Part shown: positions 48,001 through 60,840 of the stretch, piece after piece
Numbering within the stretch: the stretch's first letter is position 1
Layout of the letters: each line of letters starts with the position of its first letter
Source of the DNA: Antedon mediterranea
Taxonomy: Eukaryota > Animalia > Echinodermata
NCBI RefSeq assembly: GCF_964355755.1
Contig: NC_092680.1
Span: forward strand, 6,820,001 to 6,884,000
Reading direction: 5' to 3'
Length of the DNA: 64,000 bases
Position numbers and translations under genes: made by a program
The notes under the pieces: model-generated
Databases searched by the model: none
What the model was told of the DNA's origin: nothing
The model's input: only the letters and a program-made list of their open reading frames with translations

Positions 48001-51000
48001 TGGTGAATGTCTTGAATAGTCTTAAATATTTGTGGATATGTTTGTCGTTTAAATATTGTATTTTGTTGCTTTTGGATTTATTTCTGCCGTTATACAGAAT
48101 GCTTGAAAATGATCTGAAGTATCTGGGATTAATATACCTGAAACAATTCACGGGGTAACAGTTAGTATGTTGTGCTGTCTATGATAGCAGCCGCTTGCAC
48201 CGTGACGTGTGGATTTGTTTGTGATTGGAAAGAAGATATTTTTCAACATAGTTATTGGGCTACACTAAAGGTTCGTATCATATTTAGGTCTCATGTAAGC
48301 TTTGTTCCCTTCATTGTTTGTGCTCAGTGATCGATCAAATTTAAATCAATTCTCTACATTGAGAAGATGATGCGTATTTAACTTATTTTAAAATGATTCA
48401 ATGCAAGCAGTTATCTGAAGATTGTAGGTTCGAGTCTCACACAAGAATGTATTTGTAGGTCCTGTATTGTTGTTGTCATAGAGTACGTCAGCATTCACTC
48501 ACGTTAATAACAACTTTCTTGTCAACGTTAATAGGAGAAGACATTCTGCCAATATTTAAATTATTATTATTGGTGCAAAAATAAGCAATATCACATGGAA
48601 ATTAAATTGAGTTCGTAACTGACAGAGCAGGTTTGGCATTTATCTACTGTATATGAATTGATGTAGGCCTAATCGCAGATCGTGTAATCACTTTCATAAA
48701 ATATTAACATTCTAAAGTGCATATTAGAAAGCCCTCTTGATGTTTTTAACATCATTTGTGTGGAGGACCGACATTTTGAACCACACTGAGGTTGATTTTT
48801 AAACTCTTGAAGAGAATAGTTATGACTGACTATCGTGATGTGGACATTATGTTTAATGCCGTAGTGTGAAATCCCATTAAACTCTTGCCTCAATTCAAAC
48901 AACAAAAAAACAAAAATATGTATTTTAGACACAAAAGGTGCCAAAAATACACAAATTATTAATATATACTATAAGAGGCAGCCAATTGAGATTTGAATTT
49001 AGTGTAAATGTTTAGGTGGATCAAGATGAAGATGAATTCTGGCAATCATTCTTGCTTTCTTTTTATTTTGTTTTTTCTTCTTAATTTAACTTTTGTTCTT
49101 AACATTTATATTTAATTACTATGCATTTATTGTTTATATGTTTATATTTAACGGATAGCATACTGTAGTTCATTTAAATTAGCAATTGATTTTGCTTAAG
49201 CTGGTCGAGTAAATAAACGAAACAAAATGATTAAGTAATGAAAGAATTAAACAACTAATCTCTGATTGTCTAAAGGTTAATGTAAAAAGAATACATACAG
49301 ACATCAAATTATAAAAAGTTTGTATACTATATATTTATTATCGTAAACCTTACATACATACAAGTTATTTTATGTTACTATAGCATAATTCGAATATCAA
49401 TACAGTTCACTTCCTCTACACAATACATGTAAACATGTATTTTAGTCTAAAACAGTACAATAATCCATAGTTTACTCAAATTTCAAAATTTACTTAACGA
49501 CCTAAAGGAGAAATGTGTACATTCGTTAAACATAGTAGTTTGCCGTCATATATGTCAACGCAAACATTTGACGAAATTCATACATTATAATTGTATACAT
49601 TCTCGAGGCTGTTCGATTAAAACATTTTCACGCCAACTCAACTTACTTTTATTGACGAAAACGCAGTTAGAATACTATAAACTTTTTAGTGCTTGGTAGA
49701 ACTGGTTAGCTTAGTATTAAAGGACACAATCACAATTTATTTTAAAGGTATCATCCACGTCACGTCATCGTCAGCATGAGTACAAATAGGATGATAGGAT
49801 GACGACCAACCTATCGTTCTCCTCCTACCATCCTGTTCCGTAAACTCACTTTTCACTTACCAAATAACAAAGAGTAACAAATAAACAATTAAGTTACTAA
49901 CTTTTCCTATGGTAATTTAACTAAAGTTGAGTCGTATCTGTGTCGTGATTTTTAACAAACAGGCCAATTAGAGTAGTCTTCACTTTTATTTAAAAAAAAA
50001 CGTAGTCAAGTTTTAACTTGCTCTACAAACCTCTAAGATATATCCGAGTACACGAAACACCAATAATTAGTTATTAGTTAATTAACTATCGACTTAGTAA
50101 TGAATATGTTGTGTTTTATAATGTCGGCCGTCCTAACTCAGTAATTTAGATTGTGATCGGTTTCATTAAATTCTTGTTCAAATTTTTATTTCTGGTCATT
50201 CAGTTTTAAGCTATAAAAGATTTGTTCATTTGAATCATTGAATCTATGGGAATTAACATTTCTGCGTCAGACTTATCCGCTGTGTAGGTCATGCAATGTT
50301 CTTGTAAATCTTTGTCGTTGTAACAACTCAAGTCAAAGTACTTTCCATGAAATCATAGAGAATTTAAAGTCTGTCGAGTCAATAATTATGCTTCAAGTTC
50401 TAGTAGATTCGTAAGATTCACTCAAGTCCGATTGTGACGTCATCTGTAAACGAGTAGGCCTAATATAAAGAGGTGGCATGTGAAACATTTTGCTATTTAA
50501 TAGCGAAAGGTTATTCGTCTTAATTAGACGCAGCTGTTAATTAGAAATGGTTTTGTAAATGTAATAAGTGCAAATGCTTATAGAAACTCGGTTATCGTAC
50601 AGTAACAATGCGCGCAAGTACATTTAGCCAATTACAAGCGACGCGCTTCAACTTACTGACTTGTCAAATTACGTTTCGCGCACGTCCAATTTAACGCAGC
50701 AATTATTGTCAACTCTCACGTCAGTTGTGTAGCTTCCATCGCCAAATGCGTACAATATTGTATTGTATTGTATTGTATTGTATTGTAATATATCCTAAAC
50801 CTATATCTTATCTATAGATATAGTTATAATTACAGTTTTACAGACAATATAGCCTATTGTACTTCCTACAACTACAGTACTTCATGTAGTATCTTAATGT
50901 GATACATTACTAGTATGCCATAAATATTTACAACAACATAAAGTAGATATTACATTTAAGCATTACAAAATAATTGATAAAATTGTATTTTAGTTGAATT

Positions 51001-51036
51001 AATTTATTTTCAAATAGCGTAAGAAATCAATCTTCT

Positions 51037-52257
51037 TTAGTGCTCGACTTCAGTGTTATTCAATAGCACTAAGTTTAATTGTTTGTTCTCTCCATTTCGT
51101 TTGTTATCTTCCATCATAAGACAGCTTTTAGTAGTTACTCGTGACGTTGACCGATCACTTGGTTTCCTCCGAACATAATATCGACAGTTTTTAAGAGAAC
51201 CGGTTTGCCCATTACAATTAAAAAGAAGCACAATATATGGATTTACAGCCGAGTTACTAATAGCCATAATTCCAAATATGGCGTAAAGAGATTGATCCAT
51301 AGGAGGGCCTTCCCCTTCATGAAATGATACCAACAACTCGCAAACGTAATACGGCATACTACAAATAAAGAAAAAAGTTACAATTACTAACGTCATTTTT
51401 AACGTTTTAAATTTAGCCTTGATTAACGTGTGGGTTCCGGTACTCTGAAGCTGTAAACGGTGACTTTGTTTTCTTGATCGTTTTGTTGGTTTATTTTCAC
51501 TGATTTGCGCTTTATTCCATATTCGAATACATATTCTTATATAAGCAATTCCGATGATGATAAGCGGTATTACAAACGTCACTGTGGCGGCGTACGCAAC
51601 GTACGTTTTGCGTCTCCATTTTGGTTTGATGAATAGCTCTGTTGTACATGATTCAAAGTAGTTTGCGTCAGCATCCCGTTCTGATTTCTCTAGCCAGATA
51701 AATAACTGGGGAATCGAAGTAAGTGACGCCAGTCCCCAGGCTAAACCAACTAATTTCTTTGTTGAAATAGTTTTACGAAATGGATTGTGTATGGCTTGGT
51801 GCCTGTCAAGTGCTATCACCACAAGTAAGTTACTTGAAGCCATTATAGACACACTCTGCATATACATTATAATTTTACACATAGCATTTCCTAAAAACCA
51901 GTGATATTGAAGCATTTCATAAATAGCCGTGCCCATGACAACAAAGAAACAGACAAATAAATCGGCAAATGTCAGGCCTAAGATAATCTGGTTGACACGT
52001 CTACAGAATCTGTGTCTATTTATCAACAACCAAAACAGAACAAGGCAATTGCCTAATACCCCGATAGTGAACAATATCCACATGGTCAGCACACGTACAG
52101 CAACATTATGAATAATCTCAATACTGTTATTTGTAAACATTAATGTCGAGACTGTTTTAACTTCTGATGACGTCATTGTCATATCTGATGATGCCATTGT
52201 CATGTCTAATGACGTCATTATTGTGATGTCCGTTCCGGATAATTGATCAGTATCCAT
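51037..52257 (-). CDS. Class A GPCR, GPR150-like, vasopressin/GnRH/CCAP receptor superfamily, about 406 aa, single coding exon
   Basis: 7TM ORF with GN (TM1), LTFAD (TM2), DRH (TM3), CSMPY (TM6) and NSAVNPY (TM7). ASSNLLVVIALDRH, KAKFKTLKMTL and MAISNSAVNPY..LF resemble GPR150 as I recall it. The ORF track begins at a TTG (52296), and the first ATG is at 52257. A TTTCAG acceptor at 52305 implies a 5'UTR intron. Confidence 0.88.
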   Translation of the reverse strand: MDTDQLSGTDITIMTSLDMTMASSDMTMTSSEVKTVSTLMFTNNSIEIIHNVAVRVLTMWILFTIGVLGNCLVLFWLLINRHRFCRRVNQIILGLTFADLFVCFFVVMGTAIYEMLQYHWFLGNAMCKIIMYMQSVSIMASSNLLVVIALDRHQAIHNPFRKTISTKKLVGLAWGLASLTSIPQLFIWLEKSERDADANYFESCTTELFIKPKWRRKTYVAYAATVTFVIPLIIIGIAYIRICIRIWNKAQISENKPTKRSRKQSHRLQLQSTGTHTLIKAKFKTLKMTLVIVTFFFICSMPYYVCELLVSFHEGEGPPMDQSLYAIFGIMAISNSAVNPYIVLLFNCNGQTGSLKNCRYYVRRKPSDRSTSRVTTKSCLMMEDNKRNGENKQLNLVLLNNTEVEH

Positions 52258-52526
52258 TTTAGATAATACGTTACTAGTTGCAATGACAAACCTCAAAGAA
52301 TAATCTGAAATGAGAAAAAGAAAAAAACATTAAACGGTCATTAATAAAGTGTAAAGACAATAAAACGATTAGGCGGCTTCTAACATGTACGTAAAAATTA
52401 TCATATAACTATGCAATACAAGATTTCATCGACTTTGAAATAATATATTTCTATTGTTGTCGTTTTAGTCATGATTATGCTAAAGGAAACATAAAGCCAA
52501 ACCGGTTTCTTTCTACTGTAATAACA

Positions 52527-52984
52527 ATTTCATTCAAAACATTTCATTCAAAACATTTCATTCAAAGCATTTCATTCAAAACATTTCATTCAAAACATTT
52601 CATTCAAAACATTTCATTCAAAACATTTCATTCAAAACATTTCATTCCAAACATTCAATTCAAAACATTCAACTCAAAACATTTCATTCAAAACATTTCA
52701 TTCAAAACATTTCATTCAAAACATTTCATTCAAAACATTTCATTCAAAACATTTCATTCAAAACATTTCATTCAAAACATTTCATTCCAAACATTCAATT
52801 CAAAACATTCAACTCAAAACATTTCATTCAAAACATTTCATTCAAAACATTTCATTCAAAACATTTCATTCAAAGCATTCAATTCAAAACATTTCATTCA
52901 TCTATCGCGCCATTCAATTCATATCGATGCATTTCATTCACATATCGCGTCATAAAATTCATATAATCGAAATGTTACGTAAAC
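52527..52984. repeat. Extra copy of the foldback right arm: (CATTTCATTCAAAA)n, about 26 units, plus the unique segment
   Basis: Same orientation and sequence as 53539-53841 with a longer array, lacking the terminal GGCGTTCCATA. Confidence 0.9.
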
Positions 52985-52985
52985 T

Positions 52986-53852
52986 TATGGAACGCCGTTT
53001 ACGCAACATTTCGATGATATGAATTGTATGACGCGATATGTGAATGAAATGCATCGATATGAATTGAATGGCGCGATATATGAATGAAATGTTTTGAATT
53101 GAATGTTTTGAATGAAATGTTTTGAATGAAATGTTTTGAATGCAATGTTTTAAATGAAATGTTTTAAATGAAATGTTTTGAATGAAATGTTTTGAATGAA
53201 ATGTTTTGAATGAAATGTTTTGAATGAAATGTTTGAATTGAATTGAAAAGTCAAACTATTGGTGGCGTATGTCATTCCCGCTCGCGATTTTTTTCTCAAC
53301 CTCTTAGGCCTAAGCCTGGGTACCCTCATCTCTTTTCCACGCTGCCTTTACAGAGAATCCTAACAGACCTGGGTTTGGAAATATGTATTCCACTGTTTCA
53401 AGTCTGTTAGGATTCTCTGTAAAGGATCCATATTGATGACAGTGTGGAAAGGAGATGAGGGTACCCAGACTTAGGCCTAAGAGGTTGAGAAAAAATCGCG
53501 AACGGGAATGACATACGCCGCCAATAGTTTGACTTTTCATTTCATTCAAAACATTTCATTCAAAACATTTCGTTCAAAACATTTCGTTCAAAACATTTCA
53601 TTCAAAACATTTCATTCAAAACATTTCATTCAAAACATTTCATTAAAAACATTCAATTCAAAACATTCAATTCAAAACATTTCATTCAAAATATTTCATT
53701 AAAACATTCAATTCAAAACATTTCATTCAAAGCATTCAATTCAAAACATTTCATTCATCTATCGCGCCATTCAATTCATATCGATGCATTTCATTCACAT
53801 ATCGCGTCATAAAATTCATATCATCGAAATGTTACGTAAACGGCGTTCCATA
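52986..53852. mobile_element. Foldback-type non-autonomous DNA transposon with TATGG...CCATA termini (IS3EU-like) and internal 14-bp arrays
   Basis: Termini TATGGAACGCCGTTTACG / CGTAAACGGCGTTCCATA. Each arm is about 100 bp of unique sequence plus (TTTTGAATGAAATG)n or (CATTTCATTCAAAA)n. The centre (53245-53538) is itself a near-perfect palindrome. No TSD was found. Confidence 0.75.
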
Positions 53853-53884
53853 AAAATAGTTAATACTAATAGTGGATTATGCAA

Positions 53885-56152
53885 TAACAAACAATAATGG
53901 ATATCATTCTGATATGATATGACCTGATCATATTGAATAAAGAACAATATTGTTAAGTAATAAGAATAAGAATAACCAAACAAAAATATTGAATATTAAT
54001 ACCAACATTTTTTATAATTTATTATTTCATTATCTTTTGGATTTGATAAGTATAATTTTAGACACGTTCGTTTTCAAAGATGTAAGGTACATTTTAATAG
54101 CTCTGCAATAGCAACATGTAGCGTAAATTTAAAATGCTACTAATTGGGCGATGGTATAGTTGGGACAAGGCATTATAACCACATTTTTCATCAATTCCGA
54201 AGCTATTATGAGATCTAACTAGAATATAGCTAAATCAAGTACTTTAATACATGTTAAACCACTTAATACAGTTAAATCCTTTCTAGATGACATGCAATAG
54301 TCAGTTAAAATCTATCTCATGACGGCTGCAGAATTTGGTGTTTTTTTTAGTCGCGACTCTAAGCTCACTACGTCGGTCGGTTGGTCGGTTGGTCGGTCGG
54401 TCGGTAAACTCAAATGTATACGGTCTTGTTACTGTTAGCTAATAAGTATTGAATTGTTGGTAGAAGTTTTTGTGAGTAGTTTTGTGGGTGCTGTATTTCT
54501 ACATAGTTATTGGTGGTGTGTTTAATTTGTAGTATTTTATGAATGTTCCTATGGTTGATTTTGCATTTGTGGATGAAATGTTTTCACCATATTGTTGAGT
54601 TGGTTTATGCATTATTGTTGGTGTTTTTCGGTTTTCTGGGTTAAACAATTCTAGAAAAAAAACCTGAAACCATCACTATTAACATCTATATTTCTACGAT
54701 TATCTTCTACGTTTGCACTCAGCACAAACACTTATTCTACATATAAATTGGAGTGTCTGAATTTAATGACAGATATTCCCAGAAGGTCAGCTTTTTTTAA
54801 AGATCCGACTCACATATATCGGCCATGTCACATTCGTTTAAATACTTCATTACACATTTTTCTAATAACAGTAGCATGCAATAGTTGCTCATAGCCGAAT
54901 TTCTAAATCCCTTAACGATGTTTACTGACAATGTAATTATAAACGTTGAATGGTAATTAAATGAATTTAAGTCTTCAATTAAATGTAGATCTGGATGTAA
55001 ATAAACAAAATACTGGAAATACGGTACGAAAGTACAAGGAAAGTACCAATATTATGAAAATAAACCACAAAAACAAACAAAATGTTGAAAATAATGTAGT
55101 GAATTACCATTTTTTTTTGCAAATATGAGAATAAAATAGCTAAACCAACAATTTGAAAAACAGTGTAGAGCCTATAATAATACTTTATATATGATTCCAA
55201 CTGAAGTACCAATTTTGAAATAAAACACCCAAAAAATAATGTTTATGATTCCAAGTAAAGTTTAACTATCGGATTAATATACTCTAATGCTATGTTAGTC
55301 CGCCATTAATGCTTGTTTGTAATCAAGATCGGCGATATATGGACATTAATACATTTGTTTCTTTTTTATTTTATAATTCATGTAATGGAATATTGTAAAA
55401 AAAAAGACGAAAATAGTTATTACTATTAACAAACAATAATGGATATCACTCTATATGATATGACCTGATCATATTGTTGAATAAAGAAAAGATAAATATG
55501 AAAGATATTATTGTTAATTAAATTTGAAATAAGTAAAACATTATTTAAAAAACTCTGAAAGCAAGGAATAATACAAATAATTTATCATTTCATTATCTTT
55601 TGAATTTCATGATACAGTATATTTTTAATAATAGTAAGCTTTAGACACCTTCGTTTTAATAGCTCTGCAAAAACAACATTTAGTTTAAAAGTTTAACAAG
55701 TTACAGATTGGACGATGGTAGTTGGGACTGATCAAAGCGTTACCACATTTGTTCAGTTATGAGATAGATTGTAACTACCTCATGTTGAATCTAGCTGATT
55801 CAAGTATTTTAATACATGTTAAACGTACTGAATACAACTGGCTCGTTTCTAGATGACGTGCAGTTAGAATCCATCTCATGTTGTAGGCCTACTATTGGTA
55901 GTAGTTTTTGTGGGTGATGTGTTTGAAATAATGAAGTGAATTACAATTTTTTGAAACTATGATAATAAAATATCTAAACAAACAATTTGAATAATAAAAA
56001 AAAAAACAATTTGAAAAACTAAACTAGCAGCAGTGGGTGAGTTAGCACGTACAACTGTTTTGCTCTCAATTTTCACTTTTAAAATATACATTTACCTTTG
56101 TTATTTCCCACTGTTTCATAAATCATCGTAAATTCATGTAATGGAATATTGT
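53885..56152. repeat. Diverged local tandem duplication (unit 1 about 53885-55397, unit 2 about 55428-56152 with an internal deletion)
   Basis: Collinear shared blocks: AACAAACAATAATGGATATCA..TGATATGACCTGATCATATTG; TTTCATTATCTTTTG; TTTTAATAGCTCTGCAA; TTTCTAGATGAC; GTAGTTTTTGTGGGTG; GTGAATTAC; ATTCATGTAATGGAATATTGTA. Confidence 0.85.
54344..54431 (+). mobile_element. Possible Helentron/HINE (DINE-1-like) mini-element remnant
   Basis: TTTTTAGTCGCGACTCTA 5' end, (GTCG/GTTG)n microsatellite, and 3' GTATACGGTCTTGTT end. Confidence 0.45.
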
Positions 56153-59100
56153 AGGCCCTATATTTTATTTATTGGCTATAATGTAATGAAATAGTACAAT
56201 ATTAAAGGTATAAATAATGTCAAATAGGATATAAACTTCTGATAGATCAGGAAGCTGGCATTTAAGCATCATGTACAGACAAAATAGTTCAAATAAATCC
56301 CTTTTAATGTAGACGTATTTGTTATTTGTTAATAAAAAAAAACACAATAACATTTATCTTACGGGGAAAGCTTCGAAAATGTACGTTAGAAGACTGTATT
56401 TTGAGCCATCATTCATTATGTTTAGATTGAGGTTTATCTGTTTAAGAAGAAAGAGAATGATGGTATTAACAAAAAGCGTAGGCTAGTTTTATATTCTATT
56501 TATAATTTCTATCTGTCTCCTCTTCCCCTGAAAGTGTCTTAGTGCGTTTTTGCGTAGATATGTGCAGATGGGAATAGACTTGTGCAAGCTATATTTCCAC
56601 ATGTTGCTGTTTGACTGATATTTTACGTTATTCGTGAGGCTTGGAATTGGAAAAAGGCTATTAACTAGCCATTATTTTGTAAGGGACTCAATATTATACT
56701 TTACATTGGGCATGGCACGCTCTATAGGAATTTAGACAATAATAATATAACATGTTTATTAACATGCTGTATGTTGATTGACGTAGATTAAAGAATTCCC
56801 AGAAGACAACATAATTGTTTGAAAATTTTATCGACTTTGTATATATACACTGAATATACACAAAAAAAAGATGTAGGTTAATCTGAGAATCAGAATAGCC
56901 TGGAAGGATTTAATTCTCGTTTGTATAGCCAAATAGTATAAACTAATTTGATATTACTTAAATGTGTTTCAGGTTCCATTTTAGTAATTAAATGCTGAAA
57001 GATTATTTCGTGTTTGACACGTGTTATTGAACAGTGTTGTTCCGTTGAATAATAAGGAAATGAAATTACATAAAGAAAGTTGCTGACAGCAACGCCATGG
57101 GATAACGTTATTGACAAGAAGTGCTATGTGAAAACATTTACGTAAACAAATTAATTTTCTTACAGCATAATACAATTTATACACACATTTAAAGTTATGT
57201 GTGACCTTGTCATTACAAAATAAATATAATTTAAAAATGGTCGTGTGACTCTCTGCGAAATAATGTTGTCTATTAGGTGACTAGCTTCCTGGATGAACCG
57301 ACATAGGCCTTTTCCCCTTCAAGGGGAGAACATAACCGAAAAGTAAAAATGTATTCCTGAACTCCCCTTCAAAATAGTGGTATCGCCCATTATTTAATTT
57401 AAAAAGTAATATGATGCATGATGTGATTGTTTTATTATATTTATTAACAACACTTTGTCTATTTTTGAAAAAAAAAGTTTGTAGTTGTTGTTCATGTAAG
57501 TGTGTTTGTTTACTTTTGTTCCTGTATACACGACTGTGATACATACACACGGATTTATAGTGTACTTATTTTGCGTTATAGGCCTAGTCATAACGCAAAA
57601 TATGTACAGTATTTGCAAGAAAACTTGCCTGTCTCAGTTGTTTCTGGAGGAGATACAATTTTATGGATAATTATATGTAGATTGATGGATATAGAATGAA
57701 TGACTAATGTAATATTCTCATATTTCATTGCCTAAACGTTAATATCCTTAACTATACTCATGTAAAACGTTATATGGTGTTTTATGTTCGGGAATGTAAT
57801 TAATTGTGACGTTTATAATTCTCATCTTACGCAGCTACTTTTTATTATTTTTCAAGGTTGGTTGGTTATTTATCAAAAGCGGAAAATTAGCGTTTAATTA
57901 GCATATTAATTTAAATCTCTCAGTAAACCTTGGTACAAAATAGACCCACCGCAATAATGCAATTAAAATGAGTTAATAATTAGGCATACGATGAGCATGA
58001 TTGAATTATTGAGACGAAGATTTGCGCAATTTATAAAGTTTATAATTTATGTCCAGTGCTTAATGAAGTTCTATGCAATTAAACAGGAAATCATTTGAAA
58101 TGTGTATCAGGATTTTTACAGAGGTTTCTTTCTTGATTAATGAGGTCTATTAGAAACATGCTGTCATCTTTCAATTTACCATTAAATTGGTAGAGGCCAA
58201 TTATATATTAATTGCATAATTATCACAGTCATCACCTTTGTAAAGCATTGGACAATTACTGCTACTGGACATACCGGTACTTAAATATCACCATGACATT
58301 ATCATAAACTATTTTATCTAAATTGTGTAAAATAATATCTTAAACATCTATAGTTTGAATTGTTAACAATACAAGCACACTCTTTTTCTTATAGTATTTC
58401 CCTGCTCTTTAGTACAATTTAGCTTCATAACCTCACAGCACACGTCAATTATGCTTGGTTAGTCTGAAGTTTATATAAGTTTTATATCTGAGGTCAAACG
58501 TCAAACGTATTTTTGATTTCCACGATTTCTCCTTGATTTGTAAATTGCGTCCAAATATGAAACAAAAAGTACTTTTTACCTATTTATACATTCGTACTAA
58601 AATAAGCTAATGCAAAGAAAATGTTTTATCTGAAATATAAAGTTATTTCTGACACTGTAAAAATGTCAAACAGAACATATTCAAATTAACATTTGAATGT
58701 CAAATTATTTGATATTGACGGATGGTCTATATTAACTAAATTCTCAGATATAATAATTGTGTACATCATATTGAGGATGCCCAGATTTTCTAATATCCAT
58801 GGCCGCGGTAATTTGTGGATTTTCAGATGAAAAGCACTTCCATAATATCTCAACCTAATTCTTAATTGATTTACAGAATGTTGGCACAATTATTTCAATG
58901 AAGCCATGATATTAAGCGCAGTTTATTACGCATAAATATAATGTGCAAAAATTTCTACTATGAATGTTATACTCTTATACTATATACCATTAGGCCTAAT
59001 AGTGATATCAATCACGTTTAAACAATCTGTGATAAACACCTGATTCCCTAGTATTATACTACACAAAACGTCCTATTCTTACTGTTTGGCATATTTTGAT

Positions 59101-60505
59101 TTACTACATATATTTATAAATATAGTAAATTGTCTAATCACAACAATAGTGCGTAATTTATTTATAATACTTCCATTATCACCATTTCAAAATTACTACC
59201 AACAGCGATTATAAACAATCCATTATAGTGTCCCAATTCGCTAGTCGACGTCATTGTAAAGGAAAATAGTAGATTTTAGATAACTCGTAAATAGCAGCAC
59301 CCGTTGTAGAAAGGATGCATTTAAAACTCAAACCATATTTTGAAGTTATTTTCATTCAAGTTAATGGAAGTCCTAATTGAGCCTTTAAGGAGTTTTCACG
59401 GAAAAGCACAATTTAGATAATAATTGTTTTTCTTCAAGGAATTGAGATGTATTCTTCAGCCGTAATGCGGATGTTTTTTCTGAATGAATAATTATTGCGC
59501 ATGTGGAGCACTAAAATTACAAGCTAGCGTGGTTTCTGCGAACATCTTTCTAAACTGAAAAACTAATTTGCATCGATAGTTTTTTTTCTCGTCAAAATTA
59601 CTTTCCTTGCATCTTACTCCAAACCTTACTTAACCACCCAAACATTACAGACACGACTACGGTATTGTTAATAGTCTAAAATAAAGATGTATATGCCAAT
59701 GTTTGACTTGTATTCCAATGTTTGACTTGTATACATTATTTTGAACAAATACATATTTGTTTGTTGAGAAAAGTGAGTTTTGTATTTTTACGGAAAATTC
59801 CAATTAACTGTCGGATTAGACCCAGAAATATTAGGCTATCCAGGGCAGGGGTATCTTCATCAATTGTATTGCACCTGTACGATGTTGAAGTTCACGTTCT
59901 TCTTTGTGAACGATGCCAATAAAGTGGGACATATTTGACAACATGCTGAGCAATCGAAGCCTGTCTAATGATGAACTCCTACCACAGGTGTACAAGTATC
60001 TCATGTTCTGTAAAAGTAGAATGCGCCACTCAGTGGTTTATAGTGATTACGTATATTATTCGCTCTCACATGAACCATTAGGCCTAATGTTCTGAAACTT
60101 TAAAATGCACTATCTTTCATGAAATCCCAATAAACATAGTTTTGATTTACAGATATTAAATACCAAAATTCCTAAATGTGCTGCCAGCTAAATTAAGAGA
60201 TTTGTATCCATGACGTACTTTTCGTAACTAAATTTGAATAATAATGATCGATTTAGAATTACAATTAATTGAGACAAGTTTGTATACAGAGGCAAGCGCA
60301 AAAGTATTGCTATAGGTATCCGCTTATGGTGTAATTAAACGGTTTATTGTTTTTCTTCAAGACGTTTGCTGTCTCTAAAACGCATACAACTTTCGGTCAA
60401 CCTTCTCAAAGCAAAATAATTATAGTCAGATGTTGATCTGATAGATACTAGATCAACATCTGCACAACATACCATGCAATATGTTTAGCCACCGTGTACA
60501 AAAGT

Positions 60506-60840
60506 GATACACACACGTTTAGGTTAAACTCACCATACCTATTTGTAGATACACACACGTTTAGGTCAAGTGCACCATACCGTACCCAATGGTGATAACA
60601 CACACGTTTAGGTCAAGTGCACCGCGTGCCCAGTGATGATACACGTTTAGGTTAAGCGCACCACGCCTACAGATACACGCACGTTTAGGTTAAGCGCACC
60701 ATGCCTACTAGTAGATAGACACACGTTTAAGTCAAGCGCACCGTTCCAAAAGGTGATACACGCGTTTAGGTTAAGCTCACCAGGTAGATACACTTGTTTT
60801 AAATGCACCATGCCCAATAATAAACACGCATATAGGATCA
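60506..60840. repeat. Irregular minisatellite: conserved core of about 27 bp with variable linkers, about 8-9 copies
   Basis: Core GATACACACACGTTTAGGTYAAGYGCACC separated by 5-20 nt variable sequence. An outlier copy lies near 61060. Confidence 0.85.

Noticed and set aside
52258-52296. N-terminal extension MRFVIATSNVLSK of the GPCR
   Set aside because: The ORF track starts at a TTG codon. The first ATG is at 52257.
53310-53702. ORFs 53310-53549 and 53508-53702
   Set aside because: They are translations of the foldback centre and the 14-bp array.
60506-60840. CRISPR array
   Set aside because: The context is eukaryotic with no cas genes, the repeats are degenerate, and the linkers are short, variable in length and partly similar to each other.
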